Positions 17,755 through 27,698 of a stretch of 64,000 nucleotides of DNA are shown here, piece after piece. The position numbers were made by a program, and so were the translations under genes. How positions within the stretch are numbered: position 1 is the first letter of the stretch; each line of letters begins with the position of its first letter. The stretch covers positions 1 to 64,000 of the IMG/VR virus record IMGVR_UViG_2974511964_000001. One strand, 5' to 3'. Source of the stretch: a virus (lineage: Duplodnaviria; Caudoviricetes). The notes beneath the pieces were generated by a model. It made no database searches. It saw only the letters and a list, made by a program, of their open reading frames with translations, and had not been told where the DNA came from.

Positions 17755-20700
17755 TTGGCTAATAAAAAAGAAGAAGTAGACGTAAATTTTAAGTCCAACC
17801 TTAAATCTGTACAGTCTGAAATTAATGGTTTAATGGGTGATATAGCTAAGCTAGATAAGATGACTGACAGACTATTTAATAAGGGTAAAAATAACAACTT
17901 CACCCTTACTGATAGAGATGCAACTAATCTAAGAGGTCAGGCTGGTTCCGTTCAGAGTCGGAACAATGAGTTACAAGATAAGCTTTCAAATAGCATTAAG
18001 CAGTATAACGATATCAGAGTTGGTAATAAATCAGTATCAAATCAAGATATTACTGCCCTTGAACAAACAATATCAGCACTAACATCAGCTCTATCAAGGA
18101 GCTATCAAGCCGTTGGTGCTAACAGTATCAATGGTCGCCTTAATCCACAAGGCGAACTTGGAGAAAAATTTAGGGAAACCTTGAACATGCGTACCAAGGC
18201 CACAACTAACTTTTCTCGTCCATATTCTGAGAGTGCTAGTAGAGAATATGATAACTTTAATTCTGGAATAAAAGACCAATTAAAAGATTTTCGTTCAACT
18301 GTAAGTAATCTAAGCCATCAGTATAAACGGACTGATAACCGTGTCGATGACACAATATCCGGTGGTCGAGTATCTTATGAAAGGTTCAAACAGTATAAGA
18401 CAACATTTAGAACTGGTACGGATAAGGTCGGCCAAACAAATGATGACATTAACGGTTACAAATCTAGACTACAACAGCAATTAGCTGATAAGCAAAGTCA
18501 GTATAGTTCAATTGAGGCCAAAGAGAAAAGAGGCCAATTTAGCCCAAACGAGCGTGATGGGATTAACTCACAGAAGAACGTTCTTAATTCTGAAATTAGT
18601 ACCCTTAAGTCTTCGATTGACAAGTTAAACGAATTTAACAAGGCACTTGACAAAACTCAATCAACTATTGACTCTAGCAATTCTAAATTAAAACAAGCCA
18701 CCACTAAAGACGAGCGTACTGGTAGAACTCCTCTAAGCGTGGATGCTTCCAAGGATAGTATAGCTGGCATATTACGGTCAAGAGCTACTGCTATTATCGG
18801 CGCTGGTGTATCAGCAGCCGGCGGACAGATGACATCAAGATTAGCTAGTGGTAAGAACGTTAGATTGGCCTCACAAGAAAATATCGCTCCAATTATGAAC
18901 GCTGAGGCTAACACCAATGGCGCTTCTAAGAGAATGGATAATACCATATTAAACCGTTTACAAAAAGCAGGTAACGGTGCAGGCTATACTGGTAGTCAAA
19001 TGTCACAATTTGCAAGCACATACACAGGCACTACTGGTAATACTAACTATGTCACAGGAGCCAATGCAACAGCAAATCTAGCACGTTATGCTGGAATGGG
19101 TACAGATACCGCTAATGGCCTTGTAAACTCCTTAGGAATCGCCGGAGGTGCCAATACAGGCATCACCAAAACATCCAATGTTATTGCTGGTTCCATAGCA
19201 AACTCAGGTATGTCAGCTCAGGCACAAGTACAAGGAGATGGGCTAAAGTCCATATACTCTAACATAAGTAACCAAGGATTATCTATGAGCTCAGGTCAAG
19301 CCCGTTCTATTGCATCATTACAGGGAATTATGGCTAAATCCGGTGGTTCAGAAATGAAAGGTAATCTGGGAGCCAAAGCATATAATCAAGTGTCAAATGG
19401 GATTGCTAACGGCTTCAATGACCCAGTTATAAGAGCATTGGCAGGTGGAAATGACCCCAAATACTCCGGTGTAGAGGGCTCAGCTAGATTTGAAGAAAAA
19501 TTATCAAATGCGCCCAAGGACCCGGAGATGCTTAACAATATTACTAAAAACTTAAACAATACAGGTAATAGTGAAGAAGTAAATGCTCAGACAATGCATG
19601 AGAAATTTGGAATAACATTCAAACAAGCAAAAGATTATCTTAGAGCACAAAAACAGGGTAAGCTAACCAAGTCCTATATTGAGAAAGAAAATAAGAAAAA
19701 TGCAAAGACCGGAAACAAGAACGGTAAAAAGGCATATGACAAATCTGGTGCTAGAACACTAAATCAACAAGATACTTACACTGAGCAGACAAATACTGCT
19801 GGTAGTGAAGCTGGAGATGGCCCTCGTGGTGCTGGTAATACTATTGCTGGTGGCACCAATCCTTTAGTTAGGTTTGGTGGAGATATTATTGGTGGGGCTG
19901 CTATTGGAATGGGCTTTAGTGGTCTAAAAACTGTCCTCGGTGGTATGGCTAGGCGTGGTGGTGTTAGGGGTCTTGTTCGTGGAACAATTCGTGGTGCAGG
20001 TAAATTCACAAGAGGAACCTCTAGCGCAATTAGAGGTACCTATAGAACAATTAGAGGACTAAAGACTAATGGCGTTAGGGGTACCGCTAAGAATCTATGG
20101 GAAGCTACCAAAAACTCTAAGGCTGCTAGCAAGGTATCTAGTGGTTGGTCAACAGCTAAAGACTTATTTAAAGGGACAGAAGGCGCTTCCGATGCAGCTA
20201 AAGGTGCTTCCGATGCTGCCAAGGCTGCTAAGGCTACAAAAACTGTATCTGGAGTAGCAGAAGCTGCGGGTGATGTTTCTAAGTTATCCAAGTTTGGAAA
20301 ATTTGGAAAGATGGCTGGATTAGCTCTTGGTGCTATTGACCTAGGAAAAGGAGCTATTAAAGGTTCTGGAATAGTTGGCAGGGCAACAAAGGCTGGTTCT
20401 AGAATTATTAGTAGAGGAACAGGAGCTGTTAAAGGAGCAGCAAAAGGTTCTGGAATAGTTGGTAAGGCAACAAAGGCTGGTTCTAAAATTATTAGTAAAG
20501 GCAAAGGAGCTATTAAAGGCATTAAGGGTGGTTCTAAAGCATTAGGCGTTGCTGAGGGTGCCGCAAAAGTTGGTGGCAAGTTTGGTTCTAAGATTATACC
20601 AGGTGTAGGTATAGTTGCTAGTGGCATTTCTATGTCTGACCACGTTAATAAGCATAATTGGGTTGGTGCTGCTGGTGACGCCGTATCTATGGCTGGTGAT

Positions 20701-21867
20701 GGTCTTAGTGCTACTGGTGTCGGTAGTGTTGCTGGTGTTCCACTTAGTCTTGCAGGTGCAGGTGTTTCTGCTGTTTCAGATTGGTTCAGTGGTGGTAGCA
20801 AGAAATCTTCTAAGAAGTCTTCTAAGAAGTCTTCTAAGAAGAGAGGCTCTGTAAAGGGCGAAGACAGTACTACTAGTAGTTTATCTAAGTCTGCTAAGGG
20901 GAAACACGAAAAGAACAAAAACAGCTTAGCATCTCTATTAAAGGGATTTAATGACATGCTTGACAAAGCTGAAAAGGTTATTGCTGATGCTAAGTCAATC
21001 AAGGGCGGTAGTAGTAGTAAAAAGTCCTCTGGCTCCGGTTCTGTTGGTAAGGTTTCTGGTAAAGGCGTTGCCGCTATCAGGAGCATGGCTAAAAAGGTAG
21101 GTAAAGCTACTGGTATTGACCCGAGCTATTTATACGCTCAAATGATGACCGAATCTGCTCAGGGCTCCTCGCATGAAGCTAAGGTCGATAACAACTATGG
21201 TGGTATTACTTGGTCAGACTCAATGAAGGGAACCAAAGGTCTTTCTAAAGGTGATGCTAGACCATCAGCAGAAGGTGGGCACTATGTCCATTTTAACAGT
21301 GTTCAAGACTACGCTAATTACTATGCTAAGATGCTTAATGGAAGTAACTATAAGAACTTGAAGGGTTCTAAGAGTTTATCTGACTTTAATCATAATTTAA
21401 AAACAGACCACTACTACACTGCTTCTGAGTCTTCATACTTACCTCTTCTACAAGCTCAAATAAAGAGTTATAAAGCTACTGGTGGTATTTACTCTCTTAA
21501 CCATAATACTAAATTACATGCTACTGGTGGTATTTATGACACCCCTACAACTACAGACGGTACTAATGTCTATGGCGAAGCAGGGGCCGAAGCTGCTATT
21601 CCTGTAAACTCAGCTCACAAGTTTTCCGGTGAAGCTGCTTTGAAAAATCTAGCGGGTGTATTTGGCAAGCAGGTTATAGATGCTGGTTCAAGAGGTAACA
21701 CTTCTAGCAACTTCCATCTTAACCCAAGTTATCAAGTTAATATTAAAGCATCAGATGGAATGAATGAGAAAGAGTTGGCCCAACAAGTTAACTCACAATT
21801 GCAATCAAATCAAGATGACTTCATGAAGAAGCTAAATAGTTTTTATGCTAAAGCCGTTGCTCAGTAG
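17755..21867 (+). CDS. Tape measure protein with C-terminal GH73 glucosaminidase-like domain
   Basis: TTG 17755 after GGGGTG; long helical and G/A/K-rich body; AQMMTESAQG, NNYGGI, YYTA motifs. Confidence 0.88.
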   Translation: MANKKEEVDVNFKSNLKSVQSEINGLMGDIAKLDKMTDRLFNKGKNNNFTLTDRDATNLRGQAGSVQSRNNELQDKLSNSIKQYNDIRVGNKSVSNQDITALEQTISALTSALSRSYQAVGANSINGRLNPQGELGEKFRETLNMRTKATTNFSRPYSESASREYDNFNSGIKDQLKDFRSTVSNLSHQYKRTDNRVDDTISGGRVSYERFKQYKTTFRTGTDKVGQTNDDINGYKSRLQQQLADKQSQYSSIEAKEKRGQFSPNERDGINSQKNVLNSEISTLKSSIDKLNEFNKALDKTQSTIDSSNSKLKQATTKDERTGRTPLSVDASKDSIAGILRSRATAIIGAGVSAAGGQMTSRLASGKNVRLASQENIAPIMNAEANTNGASKRMDNTILNRLQKAGNGAGYTGSQMSQFASTYTGTTGNTNYVTGANATANLARYAGMGTDTANGLVNSLGIAGGANTGITKTSNVIAGSIANSGMSAQAQVQGDGLKSIYSNISNQGLSMSSGQARSIASLQGIMAKSGGSEMKGNLGAKAYNQVSNGIANGFNDPVIRALAGGNDPKYSGVEGSARFEEKLSNAPKDPEMLNNITKNLNNTGNSEEVNAQTMHEKFGITFKQAKDYLRAQKQGKLTKSYIEKENKKNAKTGNKNGKKAYDKSGARTLNQQDTYTEQTNTAGSEAGDGPRGAGNTIAGGTNPLVRFGGDIIGGAAIGMGFSGLKTVLGGMARRGGVRGLVRGTIRGAGKFTRGTSSAIRGTYRTIRGLKTNGVRGTAKNLWEATKNSKAASKVSSGWSTAKDLFKGTEGASDAAKGASDAAKAAKATKTVSGVAEAAGDVSKLSKFGKFGKMAGLALGAIDLGKGAIKGSGIVGRATKAGSRIISRGTGAVKGAAKGSGIVGKATKAGSKIISKGKGAIKGIKGGSKALGVAEGAAKVGGKFGSKIIPGVGIVASGISMSDHVNKHNWVGAAGDAVSMAGDGLSATGVGSVAGVPLSLAGAGVSAVSDWFSGGSKKSSKKSSKKSSKKRGSVKGEDSTTSSLSKSAKGKHEKNKNSLASLLKGFNDMLDKAEKVIADAKSIKGGSSSKKSSGSGSVGKVSGKGVAAIRSMAKKVGKATGIDPSYLYAQMMTESAQGSSHEAKVDNNYGGITWSDSMKGTKGLSKGDARPSAEGGHYVHFNSVQDYANYYAKMLNGSNYKNLKGSKSLSDFNHNLKTDHYYTASESSYLPLLQAQIKSYKATGGIYSLNHNTKLHATGGIYDTPTTTDGTNVYGEAGAEAAIPVNSAHKFSGEAALKNLAGVFGKQVIDAGSRGNTSSNFHLNPSYQVNIKASDGMNEKELAQQVNSQLQSNQDDFMKKLNSFYAKAVAQ

Positions 21868-21887
21868 GAAAGGATGGTGATTTAGAA

Positions 21888-24800
21888 GTGTATGCAGATA
21901 TGCCTAGAATGTCAGCAAAAGTTACTGTAACGTTCTATACAATTAAAGGTACTTATCCAGTTGTAGCTCGTACTACCAGTGGTTCAGTACCCCGTAATTC
22001 AACGTCACAGTTTAATAATGGGCTACTGGCATTTGAAACACAGAATGATAGCTCACAAGATATGCCGTCATTTACGATTCAGTTAACAGATGATTATGAT
22101 TGGTCTACACTTTTAGTTCCTAATGACTATGTTAGGATTGATGTCAGTTACTATAGCAATATATTTAGTACCGAAGCTAAGAAAGTAGTTAAGACTACTT
22201 TAGCCTGTGGACTAATATCAAATATTAACCGTGGTATTGACTCACAATCTAATAGTCGTATTTATACTGTTACGTGCCAAGGCGTTGCCAAGATTATATA
22301 TAACATGAATCTAACCACATTTTCAGAGCTGACCTCAACACTTCCTGCGTATGTACTATTACCAGATGACGCTAAGAAAGGTATTAGATTTGGCAATCGT
22401 TCTTCTGGCGATATTATTGAACAAGTGTTTAATCGTTTCATTACAGGTAACAATGGATTTACAGATTACGCTTTTAATAACTCTAATTTGTCAGTCCCAA
22501 TGAGTAATATTCTTAAGCTATCAATAATTAAGAACTCAGATGAAGCCATGCAAACAATGGCCTATAATAGATTTTCTAATTATAACGGAACAATTCTTCA
22601 AATGATTGGTGATATTGCTGCTAAGCCTTTTAACGAAATTTATTGGACGCATGAGGATGGCGTAGCCACTTTCAACTATCGACCAACTCCATTTGACCAA
22701 GAACGTTGGGAAGCTCTAGAAAGAATTAGTCTATCTCCATCTGATATTATATCAGAGCAGGTAAGTATTACAGATACTGACCAATACTCTATTTTTAAAC
22801 TTTTGGCCTACTCTGGATTAGGTTCTGAGACTTATTCTGGTGGTTGGTCTGGTCATTTGGCTCCTTTAACCAATACACAGTTGATAAGACGTTATGGGTA
22901 TAAGATGCTTGAAGTACAAGTGGATTATTTTAATGGTGACACTAAGAACCAAGATGATGATTCAACGGGTGAAGCAAACCAAAATTTGTCATCATGGGCT
23001 AAAAAATATTCTAGTAAAGCAAAAAGTATTTGTAGTAAATTAAATGCCTCTGATATGTATCCCTATCTAATGACAATTGTTCAATTGGAACATGGTAGTA
23101 ATTCAGACCCCATTAATGCTGCTAGCCATGGTGGAACTAACATTAACGGGGAGACTGCTAGCTTAACATTTGGTGCGAAATTTTTAAAGAGTATGAACGG
23201 TAAGGCATCAGATGAGTCACACAAGGTTACGGACAAACTTGCCTTAGTACAAGCATATAACTTTGGAAAAGGGTATATTGATTACTTATCTGATAAGAAC
23301 TCTAGCTCGATGTCACTATCATTAAATATGGGCTACTCTGCTAAGATAGCTAAGCAAAAGGGTAACTCTTCACTAGCTAGGATTCCATATAGCACTGCTG
23401 TATCAAAGAAATACGGAAAGAATTATTTATACAGAAATGGTGCTAACTTCTACTATGGTTACGAAGCAAAGACCTACCTAGGTGGGTCTAATGACAGTTC
23501 TAGTTTTATAATACAGAACTCAACTTCCCCCTCTACGGAGGGAACTACTGAATCAGAGGCAAGGAAGCATTATCCTCTATATGATAACCTTGAAGACATG
23601 TTAGCATATGCAATGGGAAATAAAACTAGTAGTACCGCCACAATTGCTAGACAGTATGGTGGGGAAGCAGAGTACCAGAAAGTATTATCTATTCTTAGAG
23701 GAAAGCCTTCTCGTTCTAGTTTTTATAATCAAGTAAAGTCCTTGTCTTTCCCAATCAGTAAGGTTAAGGCTGATGCAATATATACAAACTATAAGGAAGG
23801 TAAAGGTTCTGTTGGAACACGGGTAAGAAGAGAAGCTTATTTAAGCATTGTTGCACCAACTCAGAGAATAACAAATTCAAAAATATCTGAGAGCTATACG
23901 TATTTAAAAACACTTAAGAGTATGAAAGCACACCCAAAGAAGGCTGCCTTACAGTTGATGGAAGTGTCTAATTATTCTATAGGTAGCAAACAAGCATATG
24001 AGATTATCAAAAAATTCATTGCCAACAAAGGTAGCATATCTTCTGCTGAATATAGTGCTATACTTAAGAAGTATGCTTTCAATGATACAGAATCTGGAGT
24101 TAACCCTCTTACTGGTAATGGCTCTATCAATTCAGTTCCTTATCTATTTGTAAAATATAGTGAGAAACTGTATAACTGGTTTGCTGATAATAGCAAGTTT
24201 CACTCAGGGACGATAACCATTAATGGTACTTCTGGCATTGAAGTTGGCAAGAGATTATTAGTAAAAGATGACAAAGATGGTGTTTATTGGGAATACTATA
24301 TTGAGTCAGTGTCCCATAACTGGTCTTTTCAATCTGGTTGGACGACTGCTATTGGTGTTACCAGAGGGCTACCATTGTCTTCTGAAAGTGATGATAGACG
24401 TTTCACATATCCCAAGAGTTTCTGGGGCTCTTATGAAGAATTTAAAGGTGGATACTTTGGGGAATATGATTTAGCAACCGCAGAATCTTTGTATGCCAAC
24501 AGCGACAAAGATGACGATTCTGATGGAGGAAGCGGAAGTGGAACTGCTGAGAAAGCTTTAAATTATGCTTTAGACCTAGAAAAGAAGAAAGGTAGCAGTT
24601 CTGTTTATGACCAAGGATACCATGGCTCTAATCCATTTAACATGGGTACTGTTCGTGGCGACTGTTCACAATTGGTTTACTTCGCCTTTAAAAAGGCAGG
24701 TGTAGACATCTCAAGTGGTGGTAGCTGGACTACTTGGAACATTGCAAAAAGTAGTAAGTTGAAAACAGTAAGTAAAGAGGGCGGAAATAAATCAAGTGCC

Positions 24801-24992
24801 TATAAGAAATTAAAGAAGGGCGATATTGTCTTCTTTAATACAGAAGGCTCTGATAGCCACATGGCTATCTATGCTGGCGATGATACCCTTGTAGGTTTCC
24901 AAAGTGCCCCAAACATGTTATCAACATTCAAATTACAGTCTAACAGTTATTGGTCGTCTGCGTTTAGAGGTCATATTTGTAGACTTAAATAA
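21888..24992 (+). CDS. Baseplate hub / tail lysin with lysozyme-like and C-terminal NlpC/P60 domains
   Basis: RPTPFD, YYIESVSH..TTAIGVTRG (hub); QAYNFGKGYIDY (lysozyme-like); GDCSQLV..GDIVFF..HMAIY (NlpC/P60). Confidence 0.85.
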   Translation: MYADMPRMSAKVTVTFYTIKGTYPVVARTTSGSVPRNSTSQFNNGLLAFETQNDSSQDMPSFTIQLTDDYDWSTLLVPNDYVRIDVSYYSNIFSTEAKKVVKTTLACGLISNINRGIDSQSNSRIYTVTCQGVAKIIYNMNLTTFSELTSTLPAYVLLPDDAKKGIRFGNRSSGDIIEQVFNRFITGNNGFTDYAFNNSNLSVPMSNILKLSIIKNSDEAMQTMAYNRFSNYNGTILQMIGDIAAKPFNEIYWTHEDGVATFNYRPTPFDQERWEALERISLSPSDIISEQVSITDTDQYSIFKLLAYSGLGSETYSGGWSGHLAPLTNTQLIRRYGYKMLEVQVDYFNGDTKNQDDDSTGEANQNLSSWAKKYSSKAKSICSKLNASDMYPYLMTIVQLEHGSNSDPINAASHGGTNINGETASLTFGAKFLKSMNGKASDESHKVTDKLALVQAYNFGKGYIDYLSDKNSSSMSLSLNMGYSAKIAKQKGNSSLARIPYSTAVSKKYGKNYLYRNGANFYYGYEAKTYLGGSNDSSSFIIQNSTSPSTEGTTESEARKHYPLYDNLEDMLAYAMGNKTSSTATIARQYGGEAEYQKVLSILRGKPSRSSFYNQVKSLSFPISKVKADAIYTNYKEGKGSVGTRVRREAYLSIVAPTQRITNSKISESYTYLKTLKSMKAHPKKAALQLMEVSNYSIGSKQAYEIIKKFIANKGSISSAEYSAILKKYAFNDTESGVNPLTGNGSINSVPYLFVKYSEKLYNWFADNSKFHSGTITINGTSGIEVGKRLLVKDDKDGVYWEYYIESVSHNWSFQSGWTTAIGVTRGLPLSSESDDRRFTYPKSFWGSYEEFKGGYFGEYDLATAESLYANSDKDDDSDGGSGSGTAEKALNYALDLEKKKGSSSVYDQGYHGSNPFNMGTVRGDCSQLVYFAFKKAGVDISSGGSWTTWNIAKSSKLKTVSKEGGNKSSAYKKLKKGDIVFFNTEGSDSHMAIYAGDDTLVGFQSAPNMLSTFKLQSNSYWSSAFRGHICRLK

Positions 24993-24998
24993 TCACAG

Positions 24999-25030
24999 AA
25001 AAGAGTAGACTTTAATCAGTCTGCTCTTTT
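24999..25030 (+). terminator. Intrinsic terminator
   Basis: AAAAGAGTAGACT/AGTCTGCTCTTTT. Confidence 0.75.
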
Positions 25031-25096
25031 AGTATCTATATTAAAGTTTGAGAACAAACAATTAATGGTAAAATGTAATTATAGAGAGGTGAGAAA

Positions 25097-27664
25097 ATGG
25101 CTGATATTAGTATTCCAGAAGGTGACAACCCTGTACGCTATCAAGCATCATTAGGTGGTAACCAAAAATACCGTAATATGGGGAATGTTTCTGGTCAAGC
25201 ATACCTTGTCAGAGGACAAGTAACTAATGTTTATTATCAAAAAGGTACTCTAGACTTTAATACGTATGGGTCTAGTGTCACTAGTGGTGTTACTGATGGT
25301 TCTGGTAGTGCACCTATTCCAGTTGATTTCTGGGGTAAAAATACAGATGGAAAAGTATTTGGATGTTATCGACCGGTGCAGAAAGGTTCTCAAATACTGG
25401 TAGCCTATATTGGTGGTGACACTTCTCGGCCAATTGTAATCGGTGTTTACCCTGATAATGAAGCTTCATACGAGTTAATTTCACCAGTGCATTATAATAC
25501 GGGTGACGATAGCACAGACGATGTTCAAAATGATGCTTTAGGCGAGAGGAAAATATACCCTAACCAGCAAATGATGTATGAGTCTGGTAAGGGAGACATC
25601 CTCAGAAGTATGGGTGGCAAGTCTTTCTTATATATATCTGAAAACGGTAGTGGCTACCTAGATGATATAAACTATGCTTATGATGAAATTAGCGATTTCT
25701 ATGATGCTGATGCAAACGAAATCGAGCCAACAATGACTAAGGCTCAATCTTGGCTGTTAGTTCATGAAGACAATGAAAGTGATGAAGCATCAGACGGTCA
25801 CAGAACAAGATTCTATGTTAATCGTTCTGGTGAACTAATGGTTACCTTTGCTAATAAAGAAGACCCCAATAACATTGTTGTTTTAGAAGCTAGCAAAGAT
25901 TCTGGATTTAAGCTAACAAAGAGATTCGATAATAGCAATATTAAAGAAGACTCAGAAGACTATGTTCAGTTTGGAATAGGGAATGGCAATAATGTTAGTA
26001 TTAAGAGTGTTGACAGTGGAGATGCTACTTCTTTTTATTTAGATAACGGTAATATTAAGTTTAGCACTCCAAATAAAGGTTCAATAACCTTTGATGGCAT
26101 ATCAGTAAATGACCTATTGGGTAAGGTATCAGATGCAGAAACTGCTGCTAATGATGCTGGTACTAAGGCAGATATTGCAGCTAGTGCAGGTGCAATAGCC
26201 CAGTCAGCTGCTAGCAATGCAGCAAGTCAAGCACTAGCAGCAAGCCAGGCAGGGGAAGATGCCAAGAGTGCTGCTGTTAACGCACAAGCCGCTGGAGAAG
26301 ACGCTAAAACTCAGGCTGAAGATACCCGAAACAGAATAATATATTATTCTTCAATTTCAAACGAAAAAGACGTTGCTATCCCCGGTAAATATATTATAGT
26401 TAACACTGACACCTATATTAAAAACGGTACAATTAAAACTGCGCATATAGGTGATGGTGCAATTACTAATGCTAAAATAGCTAACCTAGCTGTTGGTACG
26501 GCTCAACTAGAAGACGCCGCTATCACTCGTGCTAAGATTGGTAATCTTGCCGTTGGTACTGCTCAAATTGAAGATGCCGCCATTACTGATGCCAAAGTAG
26601 GTGACCTTAGTGCTGACCATTTAAATGCAGGTACTATAGACTTTAGTGTCATTAGTGGTATTCATATTAATGCTAGTGAAATAGATGTTGGAAAAATTGT
26701 TGCTGACCAAATTTTCGTTAATGGACTAGGTGACATTTCTAAAAACCTGGGGACAGTTACTAGTGGTAAAATAACTGGTACAAACGTAAATGATGATATT
26801 AACACTGTACAATCTGGTGTTAATGATTTAAATAATCCAAACTTAATGAGTGTCATTGAAAAGCAGACAGCGGCCAAACAGTTTGCTGGGTTAACCAGCC
26901 AGTACAATGTGATTTTAGCCCGTGCTAAAGATGACAGTATCAGTACAACTGATTTAACCACGGCCTATACTAATCTGGACAACTTTATAACGCCTCTACT
27001 AAAAGATACTACTAAGGCTAGTAAAATTGACCGGTACACTTATAATAGTCTCACATACGCTTACAATACGGCTCTAAGCAATGTACAGGCCGCCTTAAAG
27101 GACGCCTATAACACAGATATTAGTAACATGTATACTAGTGTTGAAGTAGCTAGTCAAGCTGCTTCTAGTGCCGCTATAGTCGCTTCACAGGCAGCCACAA
27201 CTGGGGATAATGCTAGTCATGCTGCAGAACAGGCCCGTATAGCAGCTAGCCAAGCTCAAAGTGCTGGTAATAATGCCACTAGTGTTGCTAATAATGCTAG
27301 CCAAGCGGCTTCTGGTGCTGTCATAGCTGGTAGTCAAGCAGCATCAAATGCAGACAAAGCAATTACAGCTGCTAGCCAAGCTAAAAGTGCTGGTGATAAT
27401 GCCACTAGTGTTGCTAATAATGCTAGCCAAGCGGCTTCTGGTGCTGTCATAGCTGGTAGTCAAGCAGCAGTTATTGCCAACAAAGCAAGTACAGTTGCTA
27501 ACGAAGCTAAAAGTGCTGGTGATAATGCCACAAGTGTTGCCAATACTGCCACTAGTGTCGCTAATAGTGCTAAGTCGACTGCTGATAGCACCTACGCTTA
27601 TGCTAACTCTGAAATAGCCGTACAGTCTAATCTCATCCAGTGGTCAATTAATATTATCTGGTAA
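25097..27664 (+). CDS. Tail spike/fibre protein, N-terminal part (frameshift-truncated)
   Basis: Spike-like N-terminus (RYQASLG..GQVTNVYYQ..RPIVIGVYP); AITNAKIANLAVGTAQ repeats; A/S/Q-rich coiled coil; ends in an atypical out-of-frame tail. Confidence 0.75.
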   Translation: MADISIPEGDNPVRYQASLGGNQKYRNMGNVSGQAYLVRGQVTNVYYQKGTLDFNTYGSSVTSGVTDGSGSAPIPVDFWGKNTDGKVFGCYRPVQKGSQILVAYIGGDTSRPIVIGVYPDNEASYELISPVHYNTGDDSTDDVQNDALGERKIYPNQQMMYESGKGDILRSMGGKSFLYISENGSGYLDDINYAYDEISDFYDADANEIEPTMTKAQSWLLVHEDNESDEASDGHRTRFYVNRSGELMVTFANKEDPNNIVVLEASKDSGFKLTKRFDNSNIKEDSEDYVQFGIGNGNNVSIKSVDSGDATSFYLDNGNIKFSTPNKGSITFDGISVNDLLGKVSDAETAANDAGTKADIAASAGAIAQSAASNAASQALAASQAGEDAKSAAVNAQAAGEDAKTQAEDTRNRIIYYSSISNEKDVAIPGKYIIVNTDTYIKNGTIKTAHIGDGAITNAKIANLAVGTAQLEDAAITRAKIGNLAVGTAQIEDAAITDAKVGDLSADHLNAGTIDFSVISGIHINASEIDVGKIVADQIFVNGLGDISKNLGTVTSGKITGTNVNDDINTVQSGVNDLNNPNLMSVIEKQTAAKQFAGLTSQYNVILARAKDDSISTTDLTTAYTNLDNFITPLLKDTTKASKIDRYTYNSLTYAYNTALSNVQAALKDAYNTDISNMYTSVEVASQAASSAAIVASQAATTGDNASHAAEQARIAASQAQSAGNNATSVANNASQAASGAVIAGSQAASNADKAITAASQAKSAGDNATSVANNASQAASGAVIAGSQAAVIANKASTVANEAKSAGDNATSVANTATSVANSAKSTADSTYAYANSEIAVQSNLIQWSINIIW
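27245..27470 (+). repeat. 126-bp near-identical tandem duplication in the fibre coiled coil
   Basis: GCTAGCCAAGCT..GGTAGTCAAGCAGCA starts at 27245 and at 27371. Confidence 0.85.
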
Positions 27665-27698
27665 GAGTGTTGTTCTTGATAGTGTTGACCCCGTTGTC

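Noticed and set aside
20040-21086. 348-aa minus-strand Pro/Leu/Ala-rich ORF
   Set aside because: It is the antisense shadow of the Gly/Lys/Ala-rich tape measure segment.
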